Source of the DNA: Mytilus trossulus
Lineage: Eukaryota
Direction: 5' to 3'
DNA: 64,000 bases
Assembly: GCF_036588685.1 (NCBI RefSeq)
Contig: NC_086379.1
Location: 80,228,001 to 80,292,000 of the forward strand
Below are positions 14,031 to 28,800 of the stretch, one piece after another. The notes beneath the pieces are model-generated. The model worked only from the letters and a program-made list of their open reading frames with translations, searched no databases and was not told the origin of the DNA. Each line of letters starts with the position of its first letter. Within the stretch, counting starts at the first letter, position 1. The translations under genes were made by a program, and so were the position numbers.

Positions 14031-14408
14031 TATAACTTTGAAGCCCGTTTGTAATTGTTAATAATTTAGAAAGAGGTTTCGTGGAGCACTTGGAAGACCC
14101 AGCAATATACCGTTGTTTGTAAGGACACTTATGTAGTTTAGGTATCCAATACAGTGATGGAAGATCCAGTCCTTAATCTTTTGTTGAAAATCCAAAGGAA
14201 CATAGAACAGACCTATGATTATCCAGGATTTCCTCTTTAATAAGTGTCGTGAGGGTATATGTTGAGTGTCCAAGTGAATTGTCAATACCTAATTCGTTTA
14301 TCAAGCAGTTAATGTAATGACTTTTACACACACAAACGATGTTATTTGGGTCTTTATCTGCGGGGACAACAACATATTAGTCATGGAGGTTGGATAGGTA
14401 TTTTGCAA
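14031..14408 (-). mobile_element. Penelope-like RT N-terminal fragment
   Basis: Second copy of 12557-12950 (YVVVPADK...YWIPKLHKCPYKQRYIAG). Confidence 0.9.
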
Positions 14409-14574
14409 AGAGATCTTTATAATTTATAAGAATCAACATCTGAATCAACTTCTCTTAGTGTAGTTAGTTGCAAGTGTAATTCAAACGCCCTTTATTTGAG
14501 TGAATAGTTAGCAATTTTGATGTTCCGTAGGGAATTTGGGAGTCCAATGATTGAGGGGAATGTTAATACCTTAT

Positions 14575-14765
14575 TTCTTTCAAATGGTTCCCGTTTGAAT
14601 GGTTTTACACTAGTAATTTTGGGGCCCTTTATAGCTTGTTGTTCGGTGTGAGCCAAGGCTCCGTGTTGAAGGCCGTACTTTAACCTATAATGGTTTACTT
14701 TTTAAATTGTTATTTGGATGGAGAGTTGTCTCATTGACACTCACACCACATCTTCCTATATCTAA
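14575..14765. repeat. Dispersed repeat family D (gaagatgtggt(g/a)tga(g/t)tgccaatgagacaac head)
   Basis: Reverse complement is homologous to 32008-32490, 23228-23272 and 23465-23620. Confidence 0.75.
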
Positions 14766-15182
14766 TTAATGATATAACGACGTCTTGTTTATGTTGACCA
14801 CGACATATAATGCCAACATTAGTACACCACTGTTCAAAAGTCACAAATCGATAAATCGAGAAACTAAAAACTAGCGATCGGATTTTATAGAAATATATAG
14901 AAAACTTGAATAGGCGCATTCTGGATCTCAAATTTTATTTATATCACACTGAATTACTGTTACATGTTTTTAAAGTTCAAAGTCGTAGCTGCAAAATATA
15001 ATTTGACGAATGTATGAAAAGGAACAGGCATTTCTGAAGAAAATGGTGGGTTAAACATGGTTTTATAGCTGCCACGTGTATGGCAGTCGTTTATAGTTCA
15101 TTTATAATGACAGAAGAAAGACGTATGTTGGTAAAGAAAATTAAAAAAAAAAGAAGAGCAGTCCTTATTTTGTCCTATGTTT

Positions 15183-15522
15183 TCTCCCATTTATTCGTAT
15201 CGCAGTACTAGTCCTGTTATGTAATATTGTGATTTTAATTTTGTTATTAACATTGCCATTAAAGCGGGAGGTTTGGCATGTCACAAAGCCAGGTTCAACC
15301 CACCATTTTTATCTTAAAATGCCCTGTATCAAGTCACGGAAATGGCCATTGTTATATTATAGTACGTTTCTGTATGTGTTACACATTTTAATGTTGTGAT
15401 TCTGTTGTGTCGTTGTTCTCTTATATTTGATGCGTTTCCTTCAGGTTTAGTTTGTTACTCGGATTTGTGTTTTTTTCTCTATAGCTTTGTGAATTTCGAA
15501 CAGCGGTTTTCTACTGTTGCCT
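15183..15522 (+). mobile_element. Dispersed repeat family B, internally deleted copy
   Basis: Homologous to 34900-35460 (aaccaggttcaacccacc core; 3' end ctactgttgcc). Confidence 0.8.
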
Positions 15523-16093
15523 GAAGAACTCATGATAATTTAACGTAGTATTTACCTGTATCAATCTGCGTAACTTTGACAATTTTGACTTTCTAATGCC
15601 ATTAATTTTTCCAAAAGCTTCTGGGCACTTGGAAGAAAATCGATAAACTATCGTAAATGGTCTTCTGTTTCAACCTCTTTATAAAAGTAAAAACGTATTA
15701 CAATTAAAAATTCACTATATTTAAAATACAATAAATAAAATCCACATTGCTTGAGGTACTGTACCATTGCATGACGAAACAAAATTAATTACACTGGAAA
15801 ATTTTTAAAAATACATTTAAGATAATTTAAAATACCAAAACAACCACATTAGTTTTATATTCCTGTTGATAGTTATTGATGCTTTTATACCAACGGGATT
15901 TTAAAACACATATATAAGCGGAAATGATGTACATACTATTCATGCCAAGAGCCATTAAAATATTATCAACGTAAACAAAAATTACTTTTGCATCACTGTA
16001 AGATTTAAATTAAAGTTTTGTTATGAACCATGATGAAAATTCAGATTCAACGACACTTACTTAAATTCCGAACCGATACTGATAAGCAGAGTT

Positions 16094-16375
16094 TGGGATG
16101 AAAATTTCAGGAACTCAATTTTCGGCTCTCCCTTGACACCATCTGCGAGTATGGTCTTGAGGAAACGATGATAGTCCGTCGGAAGGGGACGATAAATGGC
16201 TGACCCGTGTTAAGAGAGAGTCATATCTCTTGCACGTTAAAGACACCCTTGTAGATTTCGAAAAAGAGTAGGCTAATGCCGCTACAAGGCAGCACTCGCA
16301 CCCGCACAGTGGAAAGGGATTAATATAAGTTGCAAAACTTGTTTCCCAATCCACTTTAAATAAATATGTTTAAAC
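16094..16375 (+). mobile_element. 5'-truncated SINE with a Meta/MESC-like central domain and 11-bp TSD
   Basis: TSD taagcagagtt at 16083-16093 and 16376-16386. The segment gtccgtcggaaggggacgataaatgg...cccgtgt...gcacgttaaagacaccc resembles the Meta-SINE core. Short taaac tail. Confidence 0.75.
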
Positions 16376-16527
16376 TAAGCAGAGTTAAACTGTGTACCTC
16401 ATAATCAAGATGAATATCAGATGACAGTCAATACCAATACTAAACATCTAGGCTACATATAAGGCGTATAGTCTACTTTGATTCATTCACGAGTTCTTGT
16501 AGCAACTTCAATGTCAATCAGTACAGT

Positions 16528-16670
16528 AAACTCATCATAGATATAAGGATAACAATTGTGTACGCCATACGCCTGTTTTGTCTTCGAAAGACACAACAAT
16601 AACGCTCGAATGAAAAAAAAGTTATAAATCCAAATGATGTAAAAAAGTTGAAGAGCATTGAGGACCGAAG
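16528..16670 (-). mobile_element. Degenerate H1 hammerhead-family copy
   Basis: tacgccatacgcctgttttgtc...aaagttgaagagcattgaggacc matches H1; the catalytic core is eroded. Confidence 0.65.
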
Positions 16671-17978
16671 ACTCATATTTTTGGGTTGGAAAAAAGTATT
16701 TTGAAAAGTGTAAATAACAGAGTCAAAGAAACGTATAAATGATAAGTAATAAGTTAATGGCATCATCAGAGAAATACTTAACACTATATGTACATTTGGA
16801 GACCCATTGGTGGCCTTTAGCTGTTGACTGCTCTATGGTCGGGTTGCTGTCGCTTTGACACATTCCTTATTTCCATTCTCAATTTTATTGCAAAATTTAA
16901 TACTGATCTAGCAATGTGAAGTAGCTGGTTCTTTCATGTGTACGCGAAATATTATTTACCCTATTATACGAAGAAGCCCGAGTCAAAGGATTTACTAAAT
17001 TACATATTGATATTGAATTACCGACAAAATCGCACAAATGCATTATGACCCAACACCAAAAGTGCGTCGAACATTTAGGCGACATAAAGTACATATTTCT
17101 CTTATGGAAAGATATTGTATTACTTTAGGGTAATGATTAAATACCAAAGGTGCTGCTTCTAATTTATTGCGTTCAAAGTGCTTTTCTCAACGAACCTTAT
17201 TCACAGAAACGTTAACAATCAATACATTTAAGTTAGATAAAGTCCAAATACCAGAAATATTCCATGACAATAAAAACGTTATTTTCCGCATTTTCAGATG
17301 TAGAATCAAAGCCTTTTGATAAAATTATTTAGATTTAAGCAGTAAGATTGAGACTTATGTGCAGTGTTCAATTTAAGATAAAACTTCAATGAAAGTAGAG
17401 ATTACTCTAAATTCCATCAATAAATTGACAACTGTGAAAGAACAGTATCTCACTGACGTCTTTTATCAATTTCAATGGCATTTCTAGTTTCGTTTACTAG
17501 TATAAGACTAATTAGAATGTTGAATCCTTGATTTTTAAGCTAAATGGCAATACGCATTTCTAGCATTTACAGTATTTTTATCTTCAAAGATCCCAAAAAA
17601 TAAATTCGTCTCGAATACTAATACACTGTATAAATTGTTGCAACAATTTAAATTGAATTTGCTTTTTTGTATGCATGTACTTAATTATGAGGGTAATCAA
17701 TTCTTACTTTGAGAAATATTTTCTTTCTTGAACCAGTCAATGAGTAATAGAGTTGGTTGATGTAACCAAAGGCGATTCCTGTAACATATTATGTAACAAC
17801 GGAATCATCATAGATACCAAAATTACTAACTTTGTACGCCTGAAGCATTGAGAACAAGTTGCAGCAAAGAGTGATTACGTTTGTTAATATGACCAAGGGT
17901 AATTTATATGATAAAATATGTCACATTTTAAAGAAATGAAAGTTAAATTTCACACGACGCATTTAATATGGAATAGCA

Positions 17979-18303
17979 TAAATAAAGACAACAGTAGTAT
18001 ACCGCTGTATATCGGGGTAACAATCTAAAACCGAAGGAAACGCATTAAATATAAGAGGAGAACAACGACATAACACTAAAAAAAGTAAAACACACAGAGC
18101 ATCAGACAAAATCCCACAAGAATAACAAATATACCATCAAAACTAAATACATGAATTTGGGATAGACCAGTACCGTGACACGTCTTAACGCAATGTGAAT
18201 TTACACTAAAAAAATCAGAGAAAACAAACGACGCAACGTTAAAATGAAACACACACACAGAAACGAACTATAATATAACAAACGCCATATTCCTGACTTG
18301 GTA
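17979..18303 (-). mobile_element. Family B repeat, 5'-truncated
   Basis: taaataaagacaacagtagtataccgctg... is homologous to 21764-22100 and 51316-51690. Confidence 0.85.
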
Positions 18304-18721
18304 AAATAAGCTTCGAAAAAAATATTCATAACTTGGTGCATAGATTGCCTTAACTCTATTAAAACAACTATATTGATATTTCGAGTTTGAATGCTCTTCA
18401 ACTTCGTGTTTTATTTGACCGTCCAACTGTCTTGATGCGATCAGTGCTTTCGATTTCCTACGTTTTATAACTTTTCCTCAAATACATCGTCTCCATGAAA
18501 CTGAGTGTTAGAAATATAGAACAGATTATATATGTGAATAACCACAATACATATAAATAAGTTCTTTGATTAAAATTTTAGAATATATTGAAGGTATACC
18601 GTCACTCTACTAGAGGGTGTCTAACGAACATGACTACCAATTAGGTTCTCTTACGGTCAGTCTTGTTACCCAAGAAACCACATTTCAGTGAGCAGATAAA
18701 GGATACTATTAATTATTCCTT

Positions 18722-19500
18722 ATAATATTGAGAATGGAAATGGGGAATGTATCAAAGAGACAACAACCCGACCATAGAAAAAACAACAGCAGAAGGTCAC
18801 CAACAGGTCTTCAATGTAACGAGATATTCCCGCACCCGGAGGCGTCATTCAGCTGGCCCCTAAACAAATATATACTAGTTCAGTGATAATGAACGCCATA
18901 CTAATTTCCAAATTGTACACAAGAAACTAAAATTAAAATAATACAAGACTAACAAAGACCAGAGGCTCCTGACTTGGGACAGGCGCAAAAATGCGGCGGT
19001 GGTAAACATGTTTATGAGATCTCAACCCTCCCCCTATACCTATAGCCATTGTAGAAAATTCAATTCAAGAGAAGTCCGAGTCTGATGTCAGAAGATGTAA
19101 CCAAAGAAAATAAACCACAAGTAAAATCACAAAAATACTGAACTCAGAGGAAAATCAATTCGGAAAGTCCATAATCACATGGCAAAATCAAATAACAAAA
19201 CGCATCAAAAACGAATAGACAAGAACTGTCATATTCCTGACTTGGTACAGGCATTTTCAAATGTAGAAAATGGTGGATTAAACCTGGTTCTATAGCGCTA
19301 ACCCTCTCTCTTTAATAACAGTCTCATCAAATTCCGTTATATTTACATGATGCAAAATGACAATTATACATAAATAACAACAGATTACTAGCAGTTAACT
19401 GACATTCCAGCTCCAGACTTCAATTAAACTGATTGAAAGATTATGATTTCTTCATATAAATATCAGGCACAATCCTTCCCGTTAGGGGTTTAGTATTATA
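18722..19500. mobile_element. Family E repeat with a family F repeat inserted at ~19116-19352
   Basis: The head aattgagaatggaaatggggaatgt...acaacccgacc also occurs at 16795-16890 (rc), 33840-33975 and 63075-63118. The sequence ...aaagaaaataaac|aaaatgacaat... appears split by aagtaaaatcacaaaaatactgaactc..., which recurs at 7080, 31200-31460 (rc), 35530, 54640-54840 (rc) and 58305. Confidence 0.7.
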
Positions 19501-21763
19501 TATTCATATTGTGTTTTTTTTTTGGCTATTGAAACAGACGGATGACTTCAAACCAGAAACTTTGACAACCATAATGATTTCATTTTTACAATTGTCAAAT
19601 CCCCATTTCTCATCATCAGAAATTTACCATGTGATTATGGGCTTTCCGATTAGATTTTTCTCTGAGTTCAATATTTTTGTGATTTCACTTTTTACCATCT
19701 GTCTGCCCCATTGTATGATTTTATACATTGTACATCTCAATTGATACAGTATTCTGTTGCATGTTCGTAATTTACGTACTTCATGAAATTCTTTGGGCTC
19801 CTACACATACAAAAAATGTAAACTACTTAAACAGAGTAAGGAAGAAGAACGACAAAATTACTGTCGTTTTAATGAATTAAGAATCAGTCAAACTTCAAAT
19901 CGAAATTGATGAAAAATTTTCCAAATTATAAGCTAAACATCATCGGACTTAAAATTCCTATTATTTTATCGATGTTTTTATTTATTAATTGTGTTAAATG
20001 ATTTTGTTTGGGGAAGGTGAATAAACTTGATTGATTTGCAAGGATACCATAAAGCCTAAATGTATACTACTAAGACATGTTGAATATCTTTACGTATATC
20101 ATCAGATGAGAGTGATAAAAAAGAAGTGAAAATGCAATAAAATACTGAAATGATGTCCCCAGCCTTATGTATAATCGGAAATTTGAATTGCTTAATAAAC
20201 GGGAAAATTATATTGTCGGAGATTAGAACAAAGATGTCACACTGTGATGACGACATTGCTCAAGATATTGTATAATAAACAATCAATTTCTGTGGTTATT
20301 GTCTCAAATCCACAGTAAACACGGGAAATAAACAGAAAAACAGATAATTGCTTGTCTACAAGCACCTGCTACATGTCTCCAACATATGTCTAAATTTCAA
20401 ATTAAACAGAGAAAAGGGATAAACATTGTTTATAAATCCAAATAGGGACAGTTTGTGTCTGCTGATTTGGTTCCAATATAACTAAAAGGACAGATATTAA
20501 CGGAAATAGTTTCTTATATCAGTGCGTCATGCACCAAATCTAAGGATGCATTTTAGTCTGGCAAAGGTGACCATAGACAGATTTGGTTGTTCCGTTTAGG
20601 ATATATACGTTTTACTTTTTTCGCCATACATACTCCTGTAAGTTTGTTTAGGGCAATAAAAGATAAAATCACAAGTAAAGTCTCCGTACAGTCATATACG
20701 ATATGTTATGTGTACATAAATTCAAACACAAGTTTAACATTTCACAAAGAGGTACGGACCAATGTCTCCAGAATTTTCAGCCATATGAGAAAATTATAGA
20801 AAAAAAGCCACCAAAAGCTTACTTGAAAGCACAGTTTTCAAAGATTCTGGACAAATTTGAATATTATTAAAATAAAATTACAATAAGGACAGTCTCAATA
20901 AGTTCCAAGTTCTGTTGAAAGTAAAGCTAAGCTTTTTCTTTTGGATACAAATCAAACATTTGAAAATTGGTATAAAAATGGCCACAACAACAAAATGCAA
21001 CATTTTTTTGTAATGGTTTTGTATGACCCCTGCTTCATTTTTATAAAAAAACAAGTTTGCAACTAGAGATCAACAAAGGAATGTAAACTGTTTATTTAAA
21101 TAAAAAATGACCCAAATTGTGTAGGTACTAGAATGCTGTCGATAGAGAAAGATTCAGCATATTTATAATATTATATAAGGGATGTATTTGTGTGGCTCTT
21201 GTGTTAGGCATAAAATATTGCAACAGTCATTAGCCACCCGTTGTTCAAATCCCATCAACCGATTATATTTGTTAGTTTATCGATAGCTACCAACAGTCCA
21301 AGTTTCAAGATTATCTGACACTATTCGTGCCGCAAGTTGGTTGGTGGTTACAGAGAATTGGTATTAAGCAGACAAATCAGGGTAACATACACTAACTGAT
21401 AGACCATTTACAATATCGAGTGTTCTTTGTTGAATAAACATCTTGGTGCTCAGAATTTGAATGCACTTCTAAATGAATGATCGAACAATCTTAAATAAAG
21501 GCATCAGTAGTACACTGGTGTTAAAAAGTCATCAATCGATTGAGAGAAATCAAATCCAGGTTACAAACTAAAACCGAGGGAAACACATCAACTATAAGAG
21601 GAAAACAAAGAATAGCAGAAGCACTGTTCAAAGTGCAACAATCCATTCAGATACAGTAATGCATTCAGAGGAAGTTTAAAGTTTGATTTCATCTGGATCG
21701 CTCATATAGTTCTAGATCATACCTCATCAATAATGTTGGAAGCTACTCTGTCAAGGAATATTT

Positions 21764-22100
21764 TTAAATAAAGGCAACAGTAGTATACCGCTGTTCAAAC
21801 TCATAAATCCATGGACAAAAAAACAAAATCGGGGTAACAAACTAAAACCGAGGGAAACGCATTAAATATAAGAGGAGAACAATGACACAACACCGAAACG
21901 CAACACACACAGAAACGGACCAAGCATCAGACAAAATCCCACGAGAATAACACATATAACATCTAAACCAAATACACGAATTTGGGATAAACAAGTACCG
22001 TGCCACGTCTTATCTTAATATCTCAAAAATAAGAGAAAACAAACGACACAACATTAAAATGCAACACACAGAAACGAACAATAATATAACAATGGCCATC
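21764..22100 (-). mobile_element. Family B repeat, young copy (older partial copy at 21491-21640)
   Basis: Highly similar reverse complement of 35120-35460. Confidence 0.9.
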
Positions 22101-23879
22101 TTTTGCTAAATTTGCTACGATAAAACAGCTATAACCCTATTAGATGTTATGCATGTACAAAGTCAAGCTTTCCGGACAATGTGTTGTATGTCTTTTTCAG
22201 AACGTTCATTTGGTTGGACGAGTCAGATGTTGGTGGTTGGTTTTGTCTTTTTTACTCTCTAATAGATTTGCTAATTCCTTTTATCCCTGTTATGTGTTAT
22301 ATACTAGTCAACAAAAGAAACGATACACGACTTTGGAATAAAATTGATCAAGAAGTATGAAATATAAAACAAAAAGAGATACGCTATTTTGAAAAAGCTT
22401 TCATTTGCAATGCATGCACACATGATAATGAAAATCAAAACCTGTCGAAAAGTAACTAAATACCGTGTTAACAACCATAGAGTAAAAATTATTTTTGCGG
22501 AAAGTTCGATAAAAAATCGACGCACAATTTTCTGAGTACAAAAGGAATTTTCTAATGTGTTTAGAAATACCCAATATGATAATCAAGTTATGTTCATGTT
22601 GTAAATAATGGGTTGAAATATTTTTGTTCAAATCTTTGGTTAAATAAGTGTTTTTTTGAAATCTCCAAAACATTTTGTGGAAAATGTATACTAGCAAATC
22701 ATAGAAAAGCAAGTGAGTAATCTATGTTTCAAATGTTATAACGAAAATCTCTGTATTAAAGGTTGTGGATTTTCTATAAAAATATTGGTTTATTTGCAAC
22801 AAAGTACTCTTTTCCTAGTAAACACAATAAAACAGTAAATAATTATGCTTTCCATCAAGTTTCCACATTTCTCAAACAAAAAAGATCAGCAAAATATAGA
22901 AAGTCTTGATAATATTGTGAAATTTCAAACTAAGTATAGCATATTAAGCGACTGTTGCATGAATTTAATCAAAATATGTAAACAAAATAAACTCAGGGGA
23001 AATTTGTCGTATATGTTTGTTTAAATTTGATAAATAACAGTATTATATAGAACTCGATTACATTGTATCTACCTACCATTATTGACGTCAATTATCTAAG
23101 ACAAAACGTGTTCTAAAAAAATACTTAACTGTATTTCATCAAAACCAGTGTGAAAATGATTCAGTAACGCAGTGTCAAATATTTCCACGTGTTATGCAAC
23201 TTACTATTTATTTCAGACGCTATTTAGATATAGGAAGATGTGGTGTGAGTGCCAATGAGACAACTCTCCATCTCTGAATCAGTTAATATAGCCTATGGCT
23301 ATTTTCCGTTATCCATTGATGCGTTCTATATTAACATTTTATATCGTCTGTTGGACTTGTTAAATTACAGTTAATGGATCAAACAAATTAAGTCTGTCTG
23401 TTCTACTGAAAGTGCCGGATCTATGCAAGAAATAGAAAACATTTTAAAGTTATATTTAAATTTGAGAAGATGTCGTACATTTGCAAATGGGACAATCACC
23501 CACAAGAGACAAAAATGACGTTGATGTAAGGTCCCGTATGTCTATCAATAAACAGTAAAACCCATATCCTATTGTAAGATATATAAGACCAATAAAAAAA
23601 TGATAGACTGTAACAAACAACAATATTTTCTGCGGACTTGATTTATACTACCATTAATAGAAAGACCAATTGAGACGGCACGAATCCGGTATTTTAAATT
23701 TTCGTTGTAAGATTATAACAGTTTCATTTTCAATAATACCCTATCTTCTTAATTTTATATTAATATTGTTGTCTAGTACTTGTGCCCATGCTTAATCTGA
23801 TGAAAGTGTTTACATTACCCAGTTGTTTGTCTATTGATTGCACCAAATAATTTCTTTTTTTGTCTTTAATACACTCAGC

Positions 23880-24005
23880 ATACAAGGATTGAAATTTTGT
23901 ATTTTCAAATACAGAAGAATCATCAGTGACGCTCGAACAAGAAATGTTAAAAATAACAAATAAAAAAATACAAAATTGAAGAGCTTGAGGACCGAAAATT
24001 CTCAA
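23880..24005 (-). mobile_element. H1 hammerhead-family fragment, stems II/III lost
   Basis: tcatcagtgacgctcgaa...ttgaagagcttgaggacc. Confidence 0.6.
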
Positions 24006-25429
24006 AAGAGTTGGTCTTCAATAAAAAAAAAAATTCAACCTTAAAAATACAAAGAAAAAAATGATGTTTGCACATACAGGATATAAACTTCCTGTTTATA
24101 ATTTAAAGAGCGGCGAAAGATACATTCGAGAATCAAACTAATTAATCAAAAACAAACTCCCAATTTTAAAGACAAATCCTTCTATCCAGATCTACCAATA
24201 ATATCTTCTTTATATTTTATTTTTACTTTAGACTAAGTAAAAGCTTCAAAATAAGCAAATAAAAAAATGGGGTCACCGACCTCGTTTTCGATTGAAACGC
24301 CATCTTTTTCATGGAATTTGGAAATCGGGACTTGTGGTCAATAGCAGTGCAATATTTTTTGAAAAGTCCGTATCCCTTAAAACTTGTCTCTTCTGTTAAC
24401 CTAGTTGTTAGTTCAAACTATTTTATTAATATAACCATTTTCTGAGTGGAAAATAATGACGATAAGTTGATATAATACTTCTCCCGCATTTTTTTGTAGC
24501 GAAATATCTATAAACAAATTAAGTTTAATAAAAATTGACCAATAATATCTCGACGAATATCCAATAGATTATGCGTTGTTTATATCCGAACAAAATACGG
24601 AAATAAAAAAGATATTTCTAAAAAGGAGTTAAAAATTTGAATTGGCGGGAATGCATTGCGCCAATTCTAGAGACAACGTCGAAAGTCATTAGCCGGTTTA
24701 GGCGACGTTCTTACAAATTAGGAACAACTCAGTTCTCGCTATTTGCTGTTTTGTTGTTTGTTTGTTTTCAATTATAATAAATGCATATTAATCTACAAAT
24801 GATAGTACTTAGTTTTCAGTCAGTATCACAGACAAAGCATACATGCGGTGGTTGGAAAACAATGCGTTGTACAAATGAAATGCAGATCGGCGCAAATGCA
24901 AAAAAATTTACGATCGCCATCATGACCGTAAATTTCTTGATGTCATGACTTTAATTTGCGCCGATTTTTTTGTATCTTGTAGAACTTTGCATACGTTAAA
25001 TATGTCTGCGAGCAAGCAATTAAAAAAGTAAACTTCTTCTAAATGTGGACAAATTAAAGAATTTCCTTCAGAAATAAGTATATGTACATAAGTTAAATAA
25101 TGAAAACAATCCGTTTTGTTAAAAAAAAACATAAGCATTATGTTCTTTTTTTATTAAAGGTTTCATATAACTTTAATATACACATAATTTATGTATATAT
25201 ACACAATTCAGGAACACGTTTATTATATAAAAAAACTATTTCATTTTCTTCTCTGCAAATCAAACTTTCAAAACGATTGTCACTCTCTGCATCGGCTCAA
25301 AGAGGAATAACTCTCACAAACGTTTCCAGTACACCGAAACCGCGACGTCATAAACCGCTGACGGCATAGTACTGTTTCGCTGGTATGTGCGCATAAACAA
25401 TAGAGGAATTTGTCTTTAAGAGAAAAAAA

Positions 25430-25830
25430 ATATAGCCAAAGAGGCAACACATTATATAGAAAATTAAGCACTGAGCAACACACGAATCTGAAAAAAAAAC
25501 CGAGTGATCTCACGGCTCCATTATGACAATATCATCCTGCTCTCAAATGTCAAATGTTGGTTTTGCCGAGACAAAACTGGTGATAAGTTTCGGAAGATAA
25601 CTTTCGAGGAAAAGAGGACGGTATTGAGAATACGACAAACGGAACATGTTCGTCGTCAACAGTGAAACCGATATCCCATAGCTGTCAACCAACTAATGGT
25701 GGTGTCCGTAAAATGTTCGAAATAATGATTTAATTTTCACCAAATAGAACTTTTGACTCGAAAGCTTGTTTGTAAGCAGAAACCATCTATCAAGGAATTT
25801 TTTTATAGACAATACAAGCTCTGGATAGCT
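25430..25830 (-). mobile_element. Old diverged Penelope-like 3' region
   Basis: gtcaaccaactaatggtggtgtccgtaaaat...ccatctatcaaggaa aligns with 11720-11835. Confidence 0.7.
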
Positions 25831-28800
25831 TGTTCTTCCTATCTGCTAGGAGAAACATACTTTTCATGCATGTGCTGTTTAAATATTGTTACATTAATGA
25901 CATTATGTCCCCAAAAGATACATTTTTATGTCTTTTTTCAATATATTTATATTATAATTAGGTTCAACTGCATTTACATGTGAATTGGAAGTCCATATTT
26001 ATGTTCTCTGGTTTGACTCACATATGATTTATAACATATTATATCTTTATCCAAGAAACAAAAAGTTCACACAAAAACAATAAAGAATGCGAGTATGATG
26101 TGCTAGCGCTATGTGTATATAAGACTAATAAACTCATCATAGATACCAGGACTAAATGATGTATATGAAAGTTGAATGTCATCCAATTAACCATCGAGTC
26201 GGTAGTTGTATAACCCGATAAAGATAGAAGCATAATACCAAGCAAAATCATGCAATTGTATAACGACGATTTTTTTAATTTTTTTGATGTCTGTTTGGTT
26301 TTATGCAAAAAAATAAATATAAAAAAAATAGGTTAATCTTCGTTTATCTGTGTAAGAATGATTTATTTTCCATTTATATATATTAAATTTTGAATGGTAA
26401 AAAATATGATTCAAACAGGTGTTGTTAATAAGTTTGCTTTTTTTTACATTTTTTTGCAGAATTTTGCATCATCAAAATTCGCACAATATAAAAAAAACCG
26501 CTTAAAATATCACTCAAACTTGTTGGTTTAAAAATAGGAACACAAACACATATAACTTGCTATCGAAATTATTAATTTTGGAATTAACTTTTCATTTTAG
26601 AAAGAAATTTTAGTTTTATACCATTTTTAAAATCTTCCGAAAATAGAACTTATATGAAATAAAGTATATATCTTTGTTTGAGTTATTACATTACTGTATT
26701 CCAATCGTGAACAACTGTAAATATAACATGTTTGTTTTCACTTCTAGTATTGAATTAAAAACATACTGTACAGTGCGAGTTAGTTTTAATACTGCTAGAA
26801 TTAACAGGAAAAAAACAATTTAAGATAAGATATTTGCACTGAACGTTCAACCGTTAATTTTGTTTTCTATACCAAACGTTTTAATTGTTTCTTGACTTGT
26901 CGTTTTCGACGGTAATTTTCTTATAAGAATTTCTGTAAACAGCAAATAAAGGAAAAAGAAATATATTGCTTTTCAAAATCATCACTAATGTTTAGGAAAA
27001 ATACAACTTATTTAGAATTTTTCCCATTTTTTATCGCAATGGTGATTTAACAACAATGATAGTTTAAATAGATGATATACATTTTGTAGACCTTAAACAT
27101 GTCTTTCCTTTTGCAAAATGTTAAGTTTGAATATATTGTATTTGATTAAATATGCAAATGGAATGAAATGCAAAATAAACAAGTTTGTAACGTCTTCTTA
27201 GGTACACAATATTATGTAATAGAATCTTAAAAGAATGCATACACATACTGTATCATTTTTACTTAACAACAGTATTGCACACGCTGATAACACTTAATCC
27301 ACTAAAAAATACTGCATTATACTGAAATAGGTAAAAAGCATTATTTCCCTAATATCTAAAAAAAAAAAAATGCAACTTTGAAGCTTTGTAACGATTTTGA
27401 AAAAATAATGTGAAAATTTGGAATAGTTTATATCTGTATATTTTATTTTTTTCAGCAACTTTCTTATCTGAAGAAACTTTAAACAACAAAAAGAAGAATA
27501 CATGCTTAATTATTTTTATTAAATTTTAAATTCTTTACCTTGACTTGAAGAAAAATTCAATAAATGGTCAACTAATGAATTACGAAATCTAGATTATAGC
27601 TTGATAAAATATATGAAAACACCTTTCGAGTTGTTTGTTATACTCTAAAGACCACTAAAAAATCAAGAATCAATACATTCTGATGAATAGGAGTGATAAA
27701 GTTATAATTTTGTATAAATTTTTATTGATATTTCTGCCTTTTTTGCAAGAGTTGTCTCCCTTTTCAATGCAACTCTCCATAGGAATTTTAAATGGTGATT
27801 TCTCCTCAAGTTAGATTTTTATGGGCCTCTTTTCTGTGAATATTTGGGGTATAATGCTAAAGATTAAAACTTTAAAATCTTCTGTTGCAATTACTTTCGG
27901 GTTAGGGTCAAATTTATGTTAGATTGACTGGACTTTTCAAGAAAAACTTGAAAAAGAAGGGCGAAAGATACCACAGGAACAGTCAAACTCATAGATTGAA
28001 AATATACTGACAAATGACATTGAGAACAAATTGATCTCACTTCCTTAAAAGATTAATCACGCCTCTATATTGCCACGCTTTCATAAACCCATCTACTATT
28101 AATGTAAAAAATGGCTTGTTTCTGAACCTTGCTGACCGTAACATTATCCGTTATTAGATCCTGTCATTTATGGTCATATTGCAATATGGCGGGAACTGAT
28201 TGGAATTTTAGCTGTTGACCATTTCTTTGAGATTCTACATATCTAGAATTGGTTCATGTATCGATACAAAATAAAATATCTACTTAGCTTAATGAGAGAG
28301 AACAAGGTTTTCTCGATAGCTATATGTAATTATCCCCAGAAAAAGCATACGTAATAACCATTGGGAATTACTTAGATCTGTTAACCGCAAGTAGGATTTT
28401 AACTTAAATAGAAGTTAATATTTTACACAGATTTTCAGGGCTGCAACATTTATCGTTTAGAATGGAAAATTGTAAGATATGAACTCCTAAAATGTGAACA
28501 AATTAGTTTAATAATTCCTTCCATAATCTTTAACTATATCGTATGCCATTTATTTTTTAAAAGCATTAACTCTTCCGTAAATAAACCCTGATACATACGT
28601 TTAATTAATTCTAGCGTCTGGTCGATTTTCAAAAGTTTACAGGAAACTATAATACATGGAATTAAAATGGTTCCTGAACCTTAATTCCTGCATTTCTTCA
28701 CTTTCTTCAATACTTAATCAAATAAAACAAATTCAATCATTGCGTATTGAAGTTTTATTTACGTGAGACATTTACCGGTTCGTGTTCGTCTGTACTGTTC

